A stretch of 64,000 bases of DNA from Octopus vulgaris (GCA_951406725.2 OX597825.1:67642001-67706000); one strand, 5' to 3'; positions 11,734 through 25,461 are shown, numbered from the stretch's first letter. A program made the numbers and translations. The notes: generated by a model from the sequence alone, not told the origin.

Positions 11734-12081
11734 AGGTCAACCATTTTTTTTTATCTATGGACCCCTTTGATTTATATTTTATTTTGGCGGATCCCCATAG
11801 CCATTCGATATCTAAACACTAGTTTTATAGAAACTTCTTTCAAAATCCCTATTGCTTTTCTCTTGCTTAAGTTGAACTATGTAAAACGATAAAGAAAGAA
11901 ATCAAGTGGTTTCTTGCAACACATACCAATACATACACCTGAAGCAATTGCTTTCTGGGGCCTTTAGAATACTATTGTATTTTAAAGGCCCCAATATTTG
12001 TGGCTCTGCAATTTACTATTTTGTTGTGTGAACCCCCAAAATCTTATATGGACCCACAAGGGCCGTGGTTGAGAACCACTA
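11734..12081. mobile_element. hAT/Charlie-like MITE, decayed
   Basis: Right end GTTGAGAACCACT followed by a TCTAGA target; repeated ATGGACCC subterminal motifs; left end degraded. Confidence 0.55.
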
Positions 12082-12482
12082 ATCTAGATAAACATAAAAC
12101 AAGTTTATGAAGTCTTCAGCGGATGTTTCTAAACTGTATATGGTTATGAGAGTCCCTTTTATGATTTATAGATAAGAATGCCAGCAATAACAACTACAAC
12201 AACCATTTCTATTGACGTTATGTTTCAAGAAAACTTTGAGCCATCCTCTGGATATAAAGTTGTTCATACGAGGGAGTTAACTATCTCCATACAACAGGAG
12301 GCAGGATCAGAAATTTGAATTTGTAATCAAGGAATGCGAAAAAGACAGAAAGAGTTCACAGTTTATTTGATCTATTACGAAGTTCTTACAATTTCTAGTT
12401 GAAGCTAATCATGTATTTCACTATTTTGTCTTTTTTAAGAACCTTTAGCATAATTGAACCTGTAAATTGAGGATCAGATATA

Positions 12483-13769
12483 CCAGGTCATCCCATAAGT
12501 TCTGTCCGATTTTACCTTTTTTAAAGCTAAATAAAATTTAATGGTATTTTAGAATGCCTAATGGAATTAAAATTATTTTTATGCATTTGTATACATTAAA
12601 ACTAATAAATATTATTTTACAGAATAATACAATTAAAATTTCTTTGATTTAAACTCTTTCTAACATGGAAGTATCCAAAGAGCATTTGAGGCACATAATG
12701 CTTTAGGAGTACAAAAAAGGAAACTCTGCAGCCGAAGCGACTCGAAACATACACTCAGTTTATGGGAAGGAATGCTTGAATGAAAGAACTTGCAGAAGAT
12801 GGTTTGTAAAATTCAGAAGTGGAGATTTCAGCCTTGAAGCTGAAGATCGAACAAGACGTCCAGTTGAGTTTGATTATAAGCTCCTTGGGGCATTACTTGA
12901 AGAAAATCCTGCATTATCAGTTGAAGAATTGGCAATAAAGCTTAGTTCAAACCATACAACTATTCATCGTCATCTTCAACAACTTGGAAAGGTTCCTAAA
13001 CTTGGAAAATGGGTGCCCCATGAATTGACCGAAAGCAACCGCAAATCCCGAGTTGACATCTGCTCTTCTCTCCATTCTCGTGAACTCATTTCACCCTTTT
13101 TGGGTAGACCTGTGGCTGGTGACGAAAACTGGATCTTCTATCGAAATGTTAAACATCGTAAACAGTGGCTTGGTAAAAGGGAAAAAGCTCAACAACAACC
13201 GAGAAGGGAACTTCATAGGAAAAGGTTCTTCTCGCTATCTGGTGAGATTGCAAAGGAGTAATTCACTTTGAATTGTTACCACTTAATGCAACAATCAATG
13301 CTCAAGTCTATTGTCAGCAATTAGACCGTTTGAACCAAGCTTTGAAGCAAAAAAGATCGCCTTAGTGAATCGAAAAGGAGCGATGTTTCATCAGGACAAT
13401 GCGCGACCCCACACTGCAAAGATCACATCACAGGAGATCGAAGAGAATGGTTGGGAAAAAGTTCTCATCCACCTTATTCTCCCCACCCTGCTCCTTCAGG
13501 CTACCATTTGTTTTGTAGTTTACAGAATCATTTGGGAGACATAACTTTCGCAAGCCAGGAGGAGGTCGAAACTGACATTTGAGAGTTCTTCGCTTTGAAA
13601 CCAAGAGTTATATATATATATTATACATCATTGATGGGATTAAAAATCTTGTAAATAGATAGAAGTAAGTCACAGATAATCAGAGAAAGTACATTGATGA
13701 TTAAATTTCAACATTTGATCACTTGTTTTCTTTATTCAAAATTCGGACAGAACTTATGTGATGACCTGA
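12483..13769 (+). mobile_element. Full-length mariner (DD34D-type) element, ~1.29 kb
   Basis: ~28-bp TIRs CAGGTCATCCCATAAGTTCTGTCCGA / TCGGACAGAACTTATGTGATGACCTG; TA target duplication. Confidence 0.95.
12665..13704 (+). pseudogene. Mariner transposase with stops and frameshifts
   Basis: MEVSKEHLRH..., WVPHEL, GDENWIFY, FHQDNARPH, PYSPxLAPS motifs; in-frame TAG near the start; short TA insert at ~13610. Confidence 0.93.
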
Positions 13770-14142
13770 TATTATAATGAGTGACATTTTATTAATATCA
13801 AAGATACAATTAACGGAATGTTTTCTTATTCATCTTTTATCTTCATATAACTTTGGTATTTTAGGAATCGAGAGAAAGAGAAAACGTTCTTAGTATTTAC
13901 GTACAGAATAATTGACATTTCGAATAGAACTCGTCTTGAGCATACGGTTTGAAAAGAAAGAGCAATGACATGTTTAAGTACAAATAACAGTACTTTAAAC
14001 AAATGTAAAAATCTTACTTTGGTTTCTCTCAATAATCGTTGTATGCATTTTTAAAATATTAATTACTTCACAAGACATATGTTAATTATTATTGTTAGAT
14101 GCTTATGTTTATAGTCAATATGGTTATTGAGGCATAATAGAT

Positions 14143-14556
14143 ACTCTTTTAATCTTTTACTTGTTTCAGTCATTTTACTGTGGTCATGCGGGAACACCGC
14201 TTTTAGTCGAGCGGATTGACCCCAGGAATTATTCTTTGTAAGCCTAGTACTTATTCTATCGATTTCTTTTGCCGAACCGCTAAGTTACGGGGACGTAAAC
14301 ACACCAGCATCAGTTGTCAAGCGATGTTGAGGGGACAAACACAGACACTCAAACATATGCACGCACATACATACACATATATATGCATATATACGATGGG
14401 CTTCTTTCAGTTTCTGTCTACCAAATTCACTCACAAGGCTTTGGTCGTCTCGAGGCTTCGGTAGAAGACACTTGCTCACGGTGCCACGCAGTGGGACTGA
14501 ACCCGGAACCATGTGGTTGACAATGAAGCTACTTACCACACAGCCACTCCTACGCC
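14143..14556 (-). mobile_element. SINE group A, full length
   Basis: Complete match to the other group A copies, with an internal (CA/TA) tract. Confidence 0.92.
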
Positions 14557-14869
14557 GAGTTTCGCTTTGCCTTTGATTCTTTCGGGGTCAATAAATTACG
14601 TAGCAGTTGAGCACTGTGGTCAAATAAATCTACCTGCTTCCCTCGCCTCAAAATTAATTCCTTGTGCCAAAATTAGGCATACTTGTTCCTCTCTAAAGTC
14701 TTAAGAGCACTAACTTATATCTATACATTAATTTTCTCAAATTGATTTAAATATTATCATCTTCTGATAAATTAAAGTCAGTAAGAAATAACCTGTTTCC
14801 TTAATCCCTTTTATTAAAAGCTACTCTATGAGCTTTTCTGTGTGCCATGATCCACTACCTTAAATGCTA

Positions 14870-15078
14870 CGAAAGAGTGCTCATAAGTTCCTGCCTTTGG
14901 AAATACAGGAGGATCAGTTAATTATGATTTTATTCGTCATAATCTCCCTCAGATTCACGCTCTCATTGCAACGGTCCTTCAGTTTTTTTCTAAACCCTAT
15001 ACAAGAACTCAGAAGGTTGGGCTTTCACCCACGCCTTTCGCGATACACTTAAAACCAGGAACTTTTCAGTGACCCTTG
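14870..15078. mobile_element. Mariner-derived MITE
   Basis: TA-CGAAAGAGTGCTCATAAGTTCCTG ... CAGGAACTTTTCAGTGACCCTTG-TA imperfect TIRs. Confidence 0.65.
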
Positions 15079-15453
15079 TACACGTATCTTAAGCTCTAAA
15101 TGCTTGTCCATTTGACGTGTTATTTAATCTTTAACTGAACCGGCATTAGTGTTATTTATAGCATTATTTATCATATTTTTATCATGCATATTATTTATCA
15201 CATCATCATCAATTTATTTTCGTACTCCTCTTTTTCGTTTTGGCTTGTTACTCTTAATCGTAAAGCCATAGAAAGAAGCAGAGAAATACATTTTAATTTC
15301 GAATAAATATTTGTGTTAACAGACGTTGTAAAAAAAAAAACAAATTCAAAATATGCCACAATGTATTTCGGTAATTGTGAATCTGTATTTAGTCAATTTC
15401 ATTACCTTTTAAATTATCTGTAACAAATGTACTTTTAATGACGATAGAATTTA

Positions 15454-15530
<77 letters not shown>

Positions 15531-15659
15531 GAGAAACGTGCCCGTGTCACTGTGCAGTTTCTATTTTAAAATATAATTTAGTGAAAGATTGTGACGAATT
15601 TTCAATTAATGAACTACAGAAAACTGAATTTTCGCTCCCTCTCTCGCTTCCCTGTTCCC

Positions 15660-15701
<42 letters not shown>

Positions 15702-16003
15702 TATACATCATACATATATGCACATATTTAAAAACGTTCTCTCAAAAGCACTTCTTTTATATTTACAATTGAGCGTGTGTGTATGAATGTGTGTGTTGAT
15801 ATATATATACTTGGTTTGTTATTTCATTACGAAAAAAAGTTTTATATGCACACGCTAATATATGACCTAAGTTGGACCCCTTATTCGTATAATCACCGAA
15901 CCTGGAACTTAACTATGGTCTATTCATAGCACTTATTCAGCATTACCTGACAACTTTGGATGTCACCGACACCATTACCTCTTATAACCTCTTATATATA
16001 TAT

Positions 16004-16051
<48 letters not shown>

Positions 16052-16149
16052 ATGTATGTATGTATGTGCGTGTGTGTGTGGAATATGTATTTTTATATTT
16101 GTCTTTAATGTTTTTCTTCCTTCAACCCGTAAGCTGTGGCCATTCTGAG

Positions 16150-17345
16150 GTATTGTCATTGGTGTTGGTTTGCTTTCACTGATTCTCTTTCTTTAATCAG
16201 CAGTTGATGTTCGAACTTGTCACCCTTAGTTGTGTTTCTTGCACTGAGGTAGGATTAACTGCAATTCTAGACATTAGAATGTCCAGTTACGCTTTAAAGA
16301 CGTCTATATCTACACCATGTAGATCTCTTAAGTATTTTAAGTCTTTCGGCATGATATTGAAAAGCTGGGGTCCTTTGAGTCCTAAGCTATTGCAGTATCA
16401 AGTCCGAAATCTGGGTAGCGAGGGTGGTATCTGCTACTATGTACTAGCACCCAGCTCAGGAATTAGCATCATTTTCAATGCCGAAGTCTGGGACAGGTTC
16501 TTCCAGGATCTTTCACGCATAATACTACATATTTTCCTTCTTCACTCAACTTTTTCAGGCTTTACCAAGTAAATGATCTGTTGTAATGAGACAATTTTCG
16601 TGTAGCAGCGTTGGAAGGCTTCAAATTCTACCATTAATCTTGCACTATGTAGTGACCACAATTAGGAGTTATAATCTAGATGGCTGAATACAAATATCTT
16701 CTATAAACTAGAAGACATTAATCTTCAGCCGTCTAGATTCTAGTGGACAATAATTGTTTGTTACTCTCTTAATCTTAAATTTCTTAGAATGCATCTAGCT
16801 AGCCGTCAACATTCTATTGCCATTCAATTGCTAATCTGCACATGAAAACCTGCACCATTAATAATGTTAATTAATAATGTTAATGTTAATGCACCATTAA
16901 TAATGTTAATGCCAAGGCCTTGCACTACGAGTAACACTGGGATAGCTGTCCCTTCTAGTCGAGCATACCGTGGGTGCATTGCAGTTAATTTTATGTGCTG
17001 ATAGAAGAGGCCCTTGAATTTTCAACACTAAATTGTATTTCATTTTTCCCAACTCACTCGTATATAGCATTTAAATCATGTTGCATGTTTTTTGTCATCA
17101 TGTTCCAGGTGATTTTTATCACCTATATATCTAGTCTGAATAGCTTAAAGTATTTTTGCAAAAGAGCTTCTATGAACAACAGTGACTCCGCTTACTGTTA
17201 TTGTTTCTTGTAAGATAACCTCATTGTTAACAACTTCCAGATTTTTTGCCTTGTAAAAAGTTATGCAGCCATTTTCCCCAGTTTCCTGACTATGCCGAGA
17301 TTACGTGGCTTGATATATTATCCCATGATCGACTTAATCGAAGAC
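16150..17345 (-). mobile_element. CR1-group LINE reverse transcriptase, decayed
   Basis: Minus strand KVDHGII...GKWLHNFL and HLDYNS*LWS...EAFQRCYTKI. Confidence 0.75.
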
Positions 17346-18041
17346 CCTCACACGCACACACAAACAAACACATACACACACATACACATATATTGTCAAT
17401 TCAAATAAACAGATAAATAACGAAAATAAAGAAGAAAAACAACGAACGTTTATTTAATTTCTCTTTTGGGGGTTTCATTAAGAGAGATATTTTCTTGAAA
17501 GTGTGATATTTCCCTACAATGCACAACGGCTGTTTGTTTAGCACAATTAAAGAAACCTCTCCGGCTCATCTTATATTTTCTATATTACTGGGTTCGTTTT
17601 CTGCTCTTTTTTCTTGAGAATATTACATAATTTTCTCAATCCCCAACAGTGTCCTTTGACATTAAACAAAAAGACATTGGTGTAGATGTCAGTGGTGACC
17701 ACCCTAGATCTATTGTTTATGGTGGTTTCGTGTCGGTGGTCATGATTGTCATTTTGAGTCTGGTATAAACAGGTCAGCTGCTGCAGTCTTTTGGTGTCAT
17801 ATCTTTAAAATATCGACGTTCAGCTGCTTCCATTTTTATATGTAAGAAATAGGTGACTGCAAAATTAGAAATATGAACACACTGAATCATCGCTTCACAA
17901 ACGACGCTGAAATCATCCATAATGATAAGGTGATTCTGACATTCGTCTAGAGTATATAATGCGATTTCTGCATTTTATTTCAGTTTCTATATGAAATTTT
18001 AAAATTTGCTGAAATCCTATTCTTCTCTTTTAACACGAAAA

Positions 18042-18300
18042 GGCACATGAACACGTGGTTAAAATATTGAACTCATTATCGTAAGATCTGTTTCAATTCT
18101 CAGGTGAGTTATTTTCCTGAGCAAAACACTTCATTTCACATTACCCTAGCTTTAAATGGGTTCCAGAAATATTTAGGGACTCAACTTGGCAACGAACCGG
18201 CCTCTTGTTCACTGGTGGGGATCGTTATCATCTCATTTACTTAATACACCATTAAAACCGAATGAAACTCTATCCTCGTGAGTCTTAGGGATCACGATAA
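18042..18300 (+). mobile_element. SINE group C, old copy
   Basis: TGAGCAAAACACTTCATTTCAC core with a degenerate head and tail. Confidence 0.55.
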
Positions 18301-19437
18301 GCGTAATTCTACATTATTTCATTTAATTTATTTTACAATCTTCATACAAACCATCTAGTAATAAGTACAAATCAACAAGAAATGGTTTCGAACAAGGTTG
18401 CGATGCTTAAGTTTTTACCGAAATTTCTCTGAAAATGAAAAATGTGATTATCATGATGAATATTTTCTGTGATTATTTTGCTTAGTTCAACAAGATTTCG
18501 GGCGGCAGCATCCTTTCCTCCTGGCATTACAGCTACTCTTCTATTCCTCTATTTTTCATTCATGTTTTAGTTTCGAAATTTTGTTGAACAAATTTTGCTG
18601 GCATAAAATATTAGTTATCCTTCGGTATTTGTTTGATATTTGTTCTCTTTCAATCAGAAAATAAACTAAAAGCTTTGATCATGTTATTGGGGTTAATTGA
18701 AATTCACTTCTGAATACAAGCTCCCAATCAAATAATTAATAGACCTTCCATGTTGACTATTATTCGAAATCAGATGGTTTCATATCGCTTATTTAATGAT
18801 GTAGATATCGCCTTACTTTGATCTTGTTATTCGTATCACTGAATCGAAAAAGTATGTTTTAGGTTCTTTGCTTTGTTTTAAATATATTCCAGCGTTTTAA
18901 TTATTTAAAGTTTACCGTATAAAGTAATACCATTTTATCTCCTTTGATTAAGTTTTATAGTGGCATGTCTTGTAGATATATGTATACGAGTACTGCATTT
19001 GTACACAGACACTCATACATACACGTAAATGTGTATAGATACACACATGTATGGGCGCGTGCGTCCATCTTATACATATATATATATATATATAAAGAGA
19101 GAGAGAGACACACACACACATATACAAGCAAATATATATGCGTATATATATATATGTGTGTGTGTGTGTATGTTAATAACACCTATAAGGCGGTGCTTTA
19201 TCCATTCACCAAAGAGAATGGAGCATTGGCCAGGAAGAACTGATGTTATCAGACGGTATCCAAAGTTCATCGGATGTTTCAACTTGAACCATAACACCCT
19301 CTCGTTAAGGAGATAGTAAATTTTATGCTGGATTCAGACAGCATGTTCTTTGTCTATCTCCTTAACCTCTTGGAGATTTTAGGTATAATTATATCAATGT
19401 GTCCATCTGTACTAATTTAATTAAATTCTATGTATTT

Positions 19438-19526
19438 GTGCAGCTGAAGATTGTTCTGCATTTTAAATTGATGTAATGATTGCATTGTTCTATTAAATGA
19501 AGTTGCATGAAACGATCGTACTGTAT
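19438..19526 (+). ncRNA. Type I minimal hammerhead with long stem II
   Basis: GTGCAG-CTGAAGA-(58 nt)-GAAA-CGATCG-TA-CTGTAT; stem I 6 bp including two GU pairs. Confidence 0.6.
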
Positions 19527-19661
19527 TACTTCTGGATATCCTTGTTGCTTATTTTGATTTTAATCACCTAACTTTGAAATTGTATGGATAATACCGTACT
19601 AAATTCTGGTGCCTCAACTTAAGTACCATATTCCTCTGAATCTATATATATATATATATAC

Positions 19662-19728
<67 letters not shown>

Positions 19729-20467
19729 CATCAGGATCAAGTAGTAGTGGAGAATAATTGAACTTTCTGTTAGGTAAAATATATTAGTGAGATACTTTGA
19801 AATTTAAAGGCAAATTAATAAAGACTGTAAAAATACTATATCTACTCAGTACTTCCTTCTAGAGGATTCCCAGCCCTACGTTTCAAGCTCTTTAGCCTTC
19901 TCTAATGGACAATTCCGAGGAGAGACAGTCCTGAGCATAACAGTCAATATCAGTAACTGAGTTTCGCTAGACGGCTGCCTGATCAGAATAAAAATAAAAG
20001 CATCTGTGCCAAACACTATTTTTACAATAAAATAAAATGCTTTTTGTTATGAAAATGTAATTAGATATTTGCTATCACAACTAATAACGTTATTTATGTC
20101 ATTACCCTACTCCAAGAAAGTTCAACAAACAAGGAATTTAGTTACTTTAAGAACTGTATCTAAGATGTTTCTTACGGACTCAAATAACTGTAAAAGAGCA
20201 AAACTCTAAACCAATGACTGAAAGAATATATTAATGTATTACTATACACTCTTGTGGTTATTTTGAATTAAGACTAATTGAAATAGTTCCATCTCATGAA
20301 CCCTATATCTTGAATATCATAATTATGTGTATTTTAAACATATACTGGATTTCATATCAAATGATTTAGATATGTTATGCCAACTTCTGGAAAAAGTCAA
20401 CTGACACTCGTTGTTTCGTTTGAATTTTCATACTAGACGTCGGTATGAATATGGATTTATTTTTTAT

Positions 20468-20714
20468 GCGCCCTTTTTAAAGCCTAGCCAGCCTCATGGG
20501 CCCGGTTTCCCGGTTTCTATGGAGTATGTGTTCCCCCAGCTGGACAGGACGCCAGGCCATCGCAGCGTTACACATTTTTGTCAGCTGAGTGGACTGGAGC
20601 AACGTGAAATGAAGTGTTTTGCTCAAGAATACAACGCATCACCCGGTCCAGGAATCGAAGCCACAACCTTACGATCATGATTCTGACACCCTAACCACTA
20701 AGCCCTGCACCTCC
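20468..20714 (-). mobile_element. SINE group C (head 2 plus tail T2) with target duplication
   Basis: A and B boxes; flanking ATGAATATRGATT duplication. Confidence 0.9.
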
Positions 20715-22265
20715 ACATGAATATAGATTACGACCAAGGAATTCTGGCTTGAAAAATGCTCTCACCATTTACCTACATGCAGGAGAAAAATTTACTCAGC
20801 AAAATTATTATTCTGCATTATATTTCTATTTCAAATATCTAGGGCAGCAACGTAAACAACATTTGCCCCAACTTATGCTAATTCATACTTGGTGTTCTTT
20901 AAAATCCAAATATATTAAAAATCCATATTTAGTTACAGCAGCAACGTCGATAAATATCTATTGGGCGACAGGGGAGAATATTTGATAATATCGTTTTATC
21001 CTGTGAAGACTCTTTCTCGATAAGTCTAAGTTGAAATGTTCATTCATAATTTAAAAGGTAGTATTCAATTTACAATGGAACACAGCTAAAATGTAAATCA
21101 ACTGCCTTTTTTTGTTTTTTGAACATTTTAGTCATGAAAGGAGACACTGATATCTACTTCAAACTGTCATTCAAAAGATACAGGAATATATTTTTTACTT
21201 TGGGTAGAAGTATCTGTTCAACTGATCTATTTTAGAATCTAAGAATGAACCACTTCAAAGATTAAAGGAAATGTTACTCTAAAGACAATAACCAAAACTA
21301 TAATTGATAATGGAATAAAGCATACAATGTATACTCAAGAGTCACTTCAAATGTTCTCCCTCGTATATGAAAAACAGAACCATACAACATCATTCTTCAG
21401 ATTAGACCATTATTGAATTTTAAAAATCCAAGAATGCAAAGGACACTCGAAACACGAAAAAATATATATAAAAGAAAAAGTGCCAAATTACTCGCTGAAA
21501 ACATAAACCTACCTGTCAAACCGTGTGTATGTTCGTAATTGACTTAATTGTATTAATCTTATTGAAGGTGCAACATATTAATTTTAATCGTGACAGATAC
21601 TTACCTTAAGGTATCAATTTATTTGCGCATAAGAGAATTATTTGAATGTAATAAACTGAGTGACGGCTAAATGGTACAAACGGGATTAACCTTGAGAAAA
21701 TGAATTATTGTTCCCCATCACAATAAGATATAAATCCTTCTACAAATACCCACAAGTAAACATTTCCACTTCAGTGCAGTGAATAAGCTTCGAAGATACA
21801 AGATACGTATTGAACGAATATACTTAACATTCTAGCCATCAAACACAAACGAACAAAAGAAAATGTATTTATTAAGATATATAAAATATATTTAAACATA
21901 TAACTGTTTCCTAGATCGGACAGTATGATAACTTGTTATTTTCTTTTTATGCAAATCAACATTCAACTCTCTTGGTATTTACACGGCTATAAGTATTATT
22001 TATTTTGTTATAGACAAGATTATCAGAGCTGTGAAAAAAGTCTAGAAAATCTAGAAAACCAACGTGCATTTTAAACATCTTTTTCTTCTTCTACCTCATT
22101 CTCTTCCTCATCTTCTACTTTTTCAAGCGGCTACAACAGAGATGCACCTCATTACACCACGATAGGAATCTTTGTCCTCACTCACACTGGTAGATAAATA
22201 TACACGCACATTCGCAGTGCAAATATATAAGTAATATGATTATACATACATGTTTGTATATAATC

Positions 22266-22460
22266 GCCATGATAGATCGCTAGCCACTACACTTACTGTA
22301 TTTTCTCTCCTTATTTCTTTCTGTGTTCCTTGCTGTGGAAGAGCGTAGGCTCGAAACGTTAAAGACTTTTTCACTTCCCGAGCGTTATACTAATACATCT
22401 GTTTGGTGTCTACACGACCTGTCTTCGTCTTTTGTTTTTTTTGTGAATTCACCCCCACCC

Positions 22461-22462
<2 letters not shown>
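22266..22462 (+). mobile_element. Dispersed PLE-like 3' end ending in (TA)n (family D)
   Basis: Homologous to 7538-7723. Confidence 0.6.
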
Positions 22463-22555
<93 letters not shown>

Positions 22556-22706
22556 GAAAAAAAACACCTTTTATCAATTCAAAAAGAATAATTAAATTAC
22601 ACCATCTAGAAAATTACATATAATAGAAAAGTTAAAATTAAAATAACAATTAAAAAGTAAAGATTAAGTAAATTACAAGAATAATGTAATGTATATAATA
22701 GGTAGA

Positions 22707-22797
22707 AAAACGACACGTGTTTCGCTGCTATATTTAAGAAATGATTATAGTAGTAGAGAAATCACTTGCATATAAATATAGTCGCTCATCAGGTTAA
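22707..22797 (-). ncRNA. Type I minimal hammerhead with canonical core and GUC site
   Basis: Minus strand AAC-CTGATGA-GC(GA)CTATATTTA...TAAATATAG(CA)GC-GAAA-CACGTG-TC-GTT. Confidence 0.72.
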
Positions 22798-22807
22798 AAT
22801 ATAATAG

Positions 22808-22880
<73 letters not shown>

Positions 22881-22913
22881 TGTGTGTGTGAATGTATATA
22901 TATATATATATAT

Positions 22914-23310
22914 CGCAGACGTGACTGTTGGATAAGAAGTTTGTCACTCAACCATATGGTTCCGGGTTCAGTCCCACTGCGGAGCACCTTGAGCAAGTGT
23001 CTTCTGCTAAAGTCTCGGGCTGACCCCAGTCATGTGAGTAGATTTGGCACTCATAAACTGAAAGAGGCCCGTCGTATATATAAATATGTGTATGTATGTT
23101 TACCTCTTTGTTGCCCATAAGCACACACAACCGGTGTTGGTGTGGTCACGTCTCCTTAACTTAGCGGCTCGTCTAAAGGGAAAGATAGAATAAGTACCAG
23201 GGTTTATAAAACTTAAATACTGGGCTCGATTGACTTCTTAAATACTAGGGTCGATTCCAACATTCTTCAAGGCGGTGCCCCAGCATGGTCGCAGCCTAAT
23301 GACTGAGACA
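22914..23310 (+). mobile_element. SINE group A, diverged
   Basis: GGTTCCGGGTTCAGTCCCACTGCG...GGCGGTGCCCCAGCATGG. Confidence 0.88.
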
Positions 23311-23351
<41 letters not shown>

Positions 23352-23360
23352 TATATAGGT

Positions 23361-23434
<74 letters not shown>

Positions 23435-24890
23435 TGACTTACTTGAGTGAATGAGTGTGTGTGAGAATATATGAATGTGTGCACATGTGTGCGTATGCGT
23501 GCGTGTTTGTTCGAGTATGTGTGAGTGCGTGTGTGATTGTGTGTGCGTGTTTATGTGTATGTATGTGTGCGTGCGTGTTTGTATGTGTGTGTATGTCTGT
23601 GTGTTTCTGCGCGCGTGCAGGTGTGTGTGTGTGTGTACATGCGTGCGTGCGTAAATTTTAGCCAGATTTTGCCAATTTGATACTGCGTGTTTGCATATCG
23701 TGTTCTTTCATTCAAATTCTTGCCCACTTAGCTAATAAACAGAAATGCGACGTTGCCTTCCGCTGACATTATTTTTGTCACACATTATTGTTGTTGTTTG
23801 TTGACGTTTCCAAGATTTCTGGAAGTTATAAAAGACTTCCTTCCAAACTATTTCCATTCTACTTACACACACGATGTTATACTTAATAATAATTACATTC
23901 CAGCTTTTCAATGCATTCCATTTTCAACCTACGCGCCTCTAAAGCAGTTTTTCTTTCCTTTTCTATTATAACTTCTCGTCAACAAATATATTTAAGAATC
24001 TATTCAACTGAATATTGCTTAAGGCAAAATTCCCCTTCCCCCCCCCACCTCATATTTTTTTGGTCTATTTCGGCCTTTTATTTCTATATAGTTGTTTTTC
24101 TCTTTATCGTTAATAATCTCTCGAAATATTTTTTCCATTAGATTTATATGTTCATTTCCATGTCTCATGGATTTCCTTTTATTGTCGTTCTTATGGAACA
24201 TCATTTTCCTACGGTTTTTCTTGTAACTGGTTTTTCTTTTCGTTTTTAATTTATTTCGGTTTATTCAATACGACATACGATATAGTATAACGTAGAGCTA
24301 TTAGTGTCAAATCGTTAAATTACTTTTAATAGCTTGCATAGATCACAGTTGTTTTATTTTTCTCTTCATAATCTTTCAACATCTACCTAAATTCTTAAGA
24401 TTCATTAAATAATAAATTTAAGTCTTGAAGAGAGAAACTGAGATAATTTTTCTTCGTACTTCTATTTATTCTCTTCTGTAAAGGGAAAGCGTGCGAATAT
24501 AATATACAGAGAGAATTACTGAAATTCACTAACTTCTCTTGGTGTCGTTTGAATTATTATTCAAGTTTAGTTTTTTTATCTGAATAAAATATTCATTTCT
24601 AAATACGACACCAGACTACGCATATATACTGGGATACAATGTGTGTGCATGTGTATGTATGTGTGTGTGTGTGTGTGTGCGCTCGCGAATGTGTGCCTGT
24701 CTGGATTAAACAAATGATTGAAATGAAACTAAATTTAGCACATAAAATCATGGAACATGTATTACAAGCTTTCTGTAAGGTGACTTAGGTATTTTTATAT
24801 CCTTCTTCGTTTCTAAGTGTTCATTATGTCAGCCGCTGTAGAACAAAAGACAGTCACTTATTTAATCACACAATATATAACAATAGATTA

Positions 24891-25100
24891 AGGCGGTGAT
24901 CTGGTAGAATCGTTAGCACGCCGGGCAAAATACTTAGCGGCATTTCGTCCGTCATTACATTCTGAGTTCAACTTCCGCCGAGGTCGACTTTGCCTTTCAT
25001 CTTTCAAGGTCGATAAAATATGTACCAGCCGAGCACTGGGGTCGATGTAATCGACTTATCCCCAAAATCGTTGGCTTTTTGCCAAAATTTGAAACCAATA
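24891..25100 (+). mobile_element. SINE group B (tail variant 2) with a 20-bp TSD
   Basis: CAATATATAACAATAGATTA on the left; the same sequence on the right once the MITE is removed. Confidence 0.9.
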
Positions 25101-25102
25101 TA

Positions 25103-25212
25103 CGAGGGATGTATGAAAAGTTTTGAGTCTTGAAGTCTTGTACCTTCATCAGAAGTCTTGTACCATGGTTTTTTGGGTTTTTTTAGGCTCAAGACTTTTC
25201 ATACACCCCTCA
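25103..25212. mobile_element. 110-bp mariner-derived MITE
   Basis: TA-CGAGGGATGTATGAAAAGTTTTGAG / CTCAAGACTTTTCATACACCCCTCA-TA TIRs. Confidence 0.85.
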
Positions 25213-25461
25213 TATAACAATAGATTATATCGACCTCAGTACATGACTGGTACTGTATTATAAGTAGAGAAAGGCCGAATGACAAGCCGATCGAAGCCAA
25301 CTAACAGCGCAAGACATTTTGTCTAATGTTCCATTCTACCAGTCCATCATCCTCTCTGGTTTAAATTAAATTATATATTTGTTTTTAATACCTTCACAAC
25401 GCCTAATGTAGAGGGTTGGGGGATAAATATAGTCATTAAAATTAAAGAATTACTAAACGTA

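Noticed and set aside
19870-19992. Two minus-strand hammerhead-like traces (GAAACGTA; CTGATCA...GAAACTCAGT); a similar trace at 17520-17575
   Set aside because: Each has multiple core or stem defects; they are possible fossils but unsupported.
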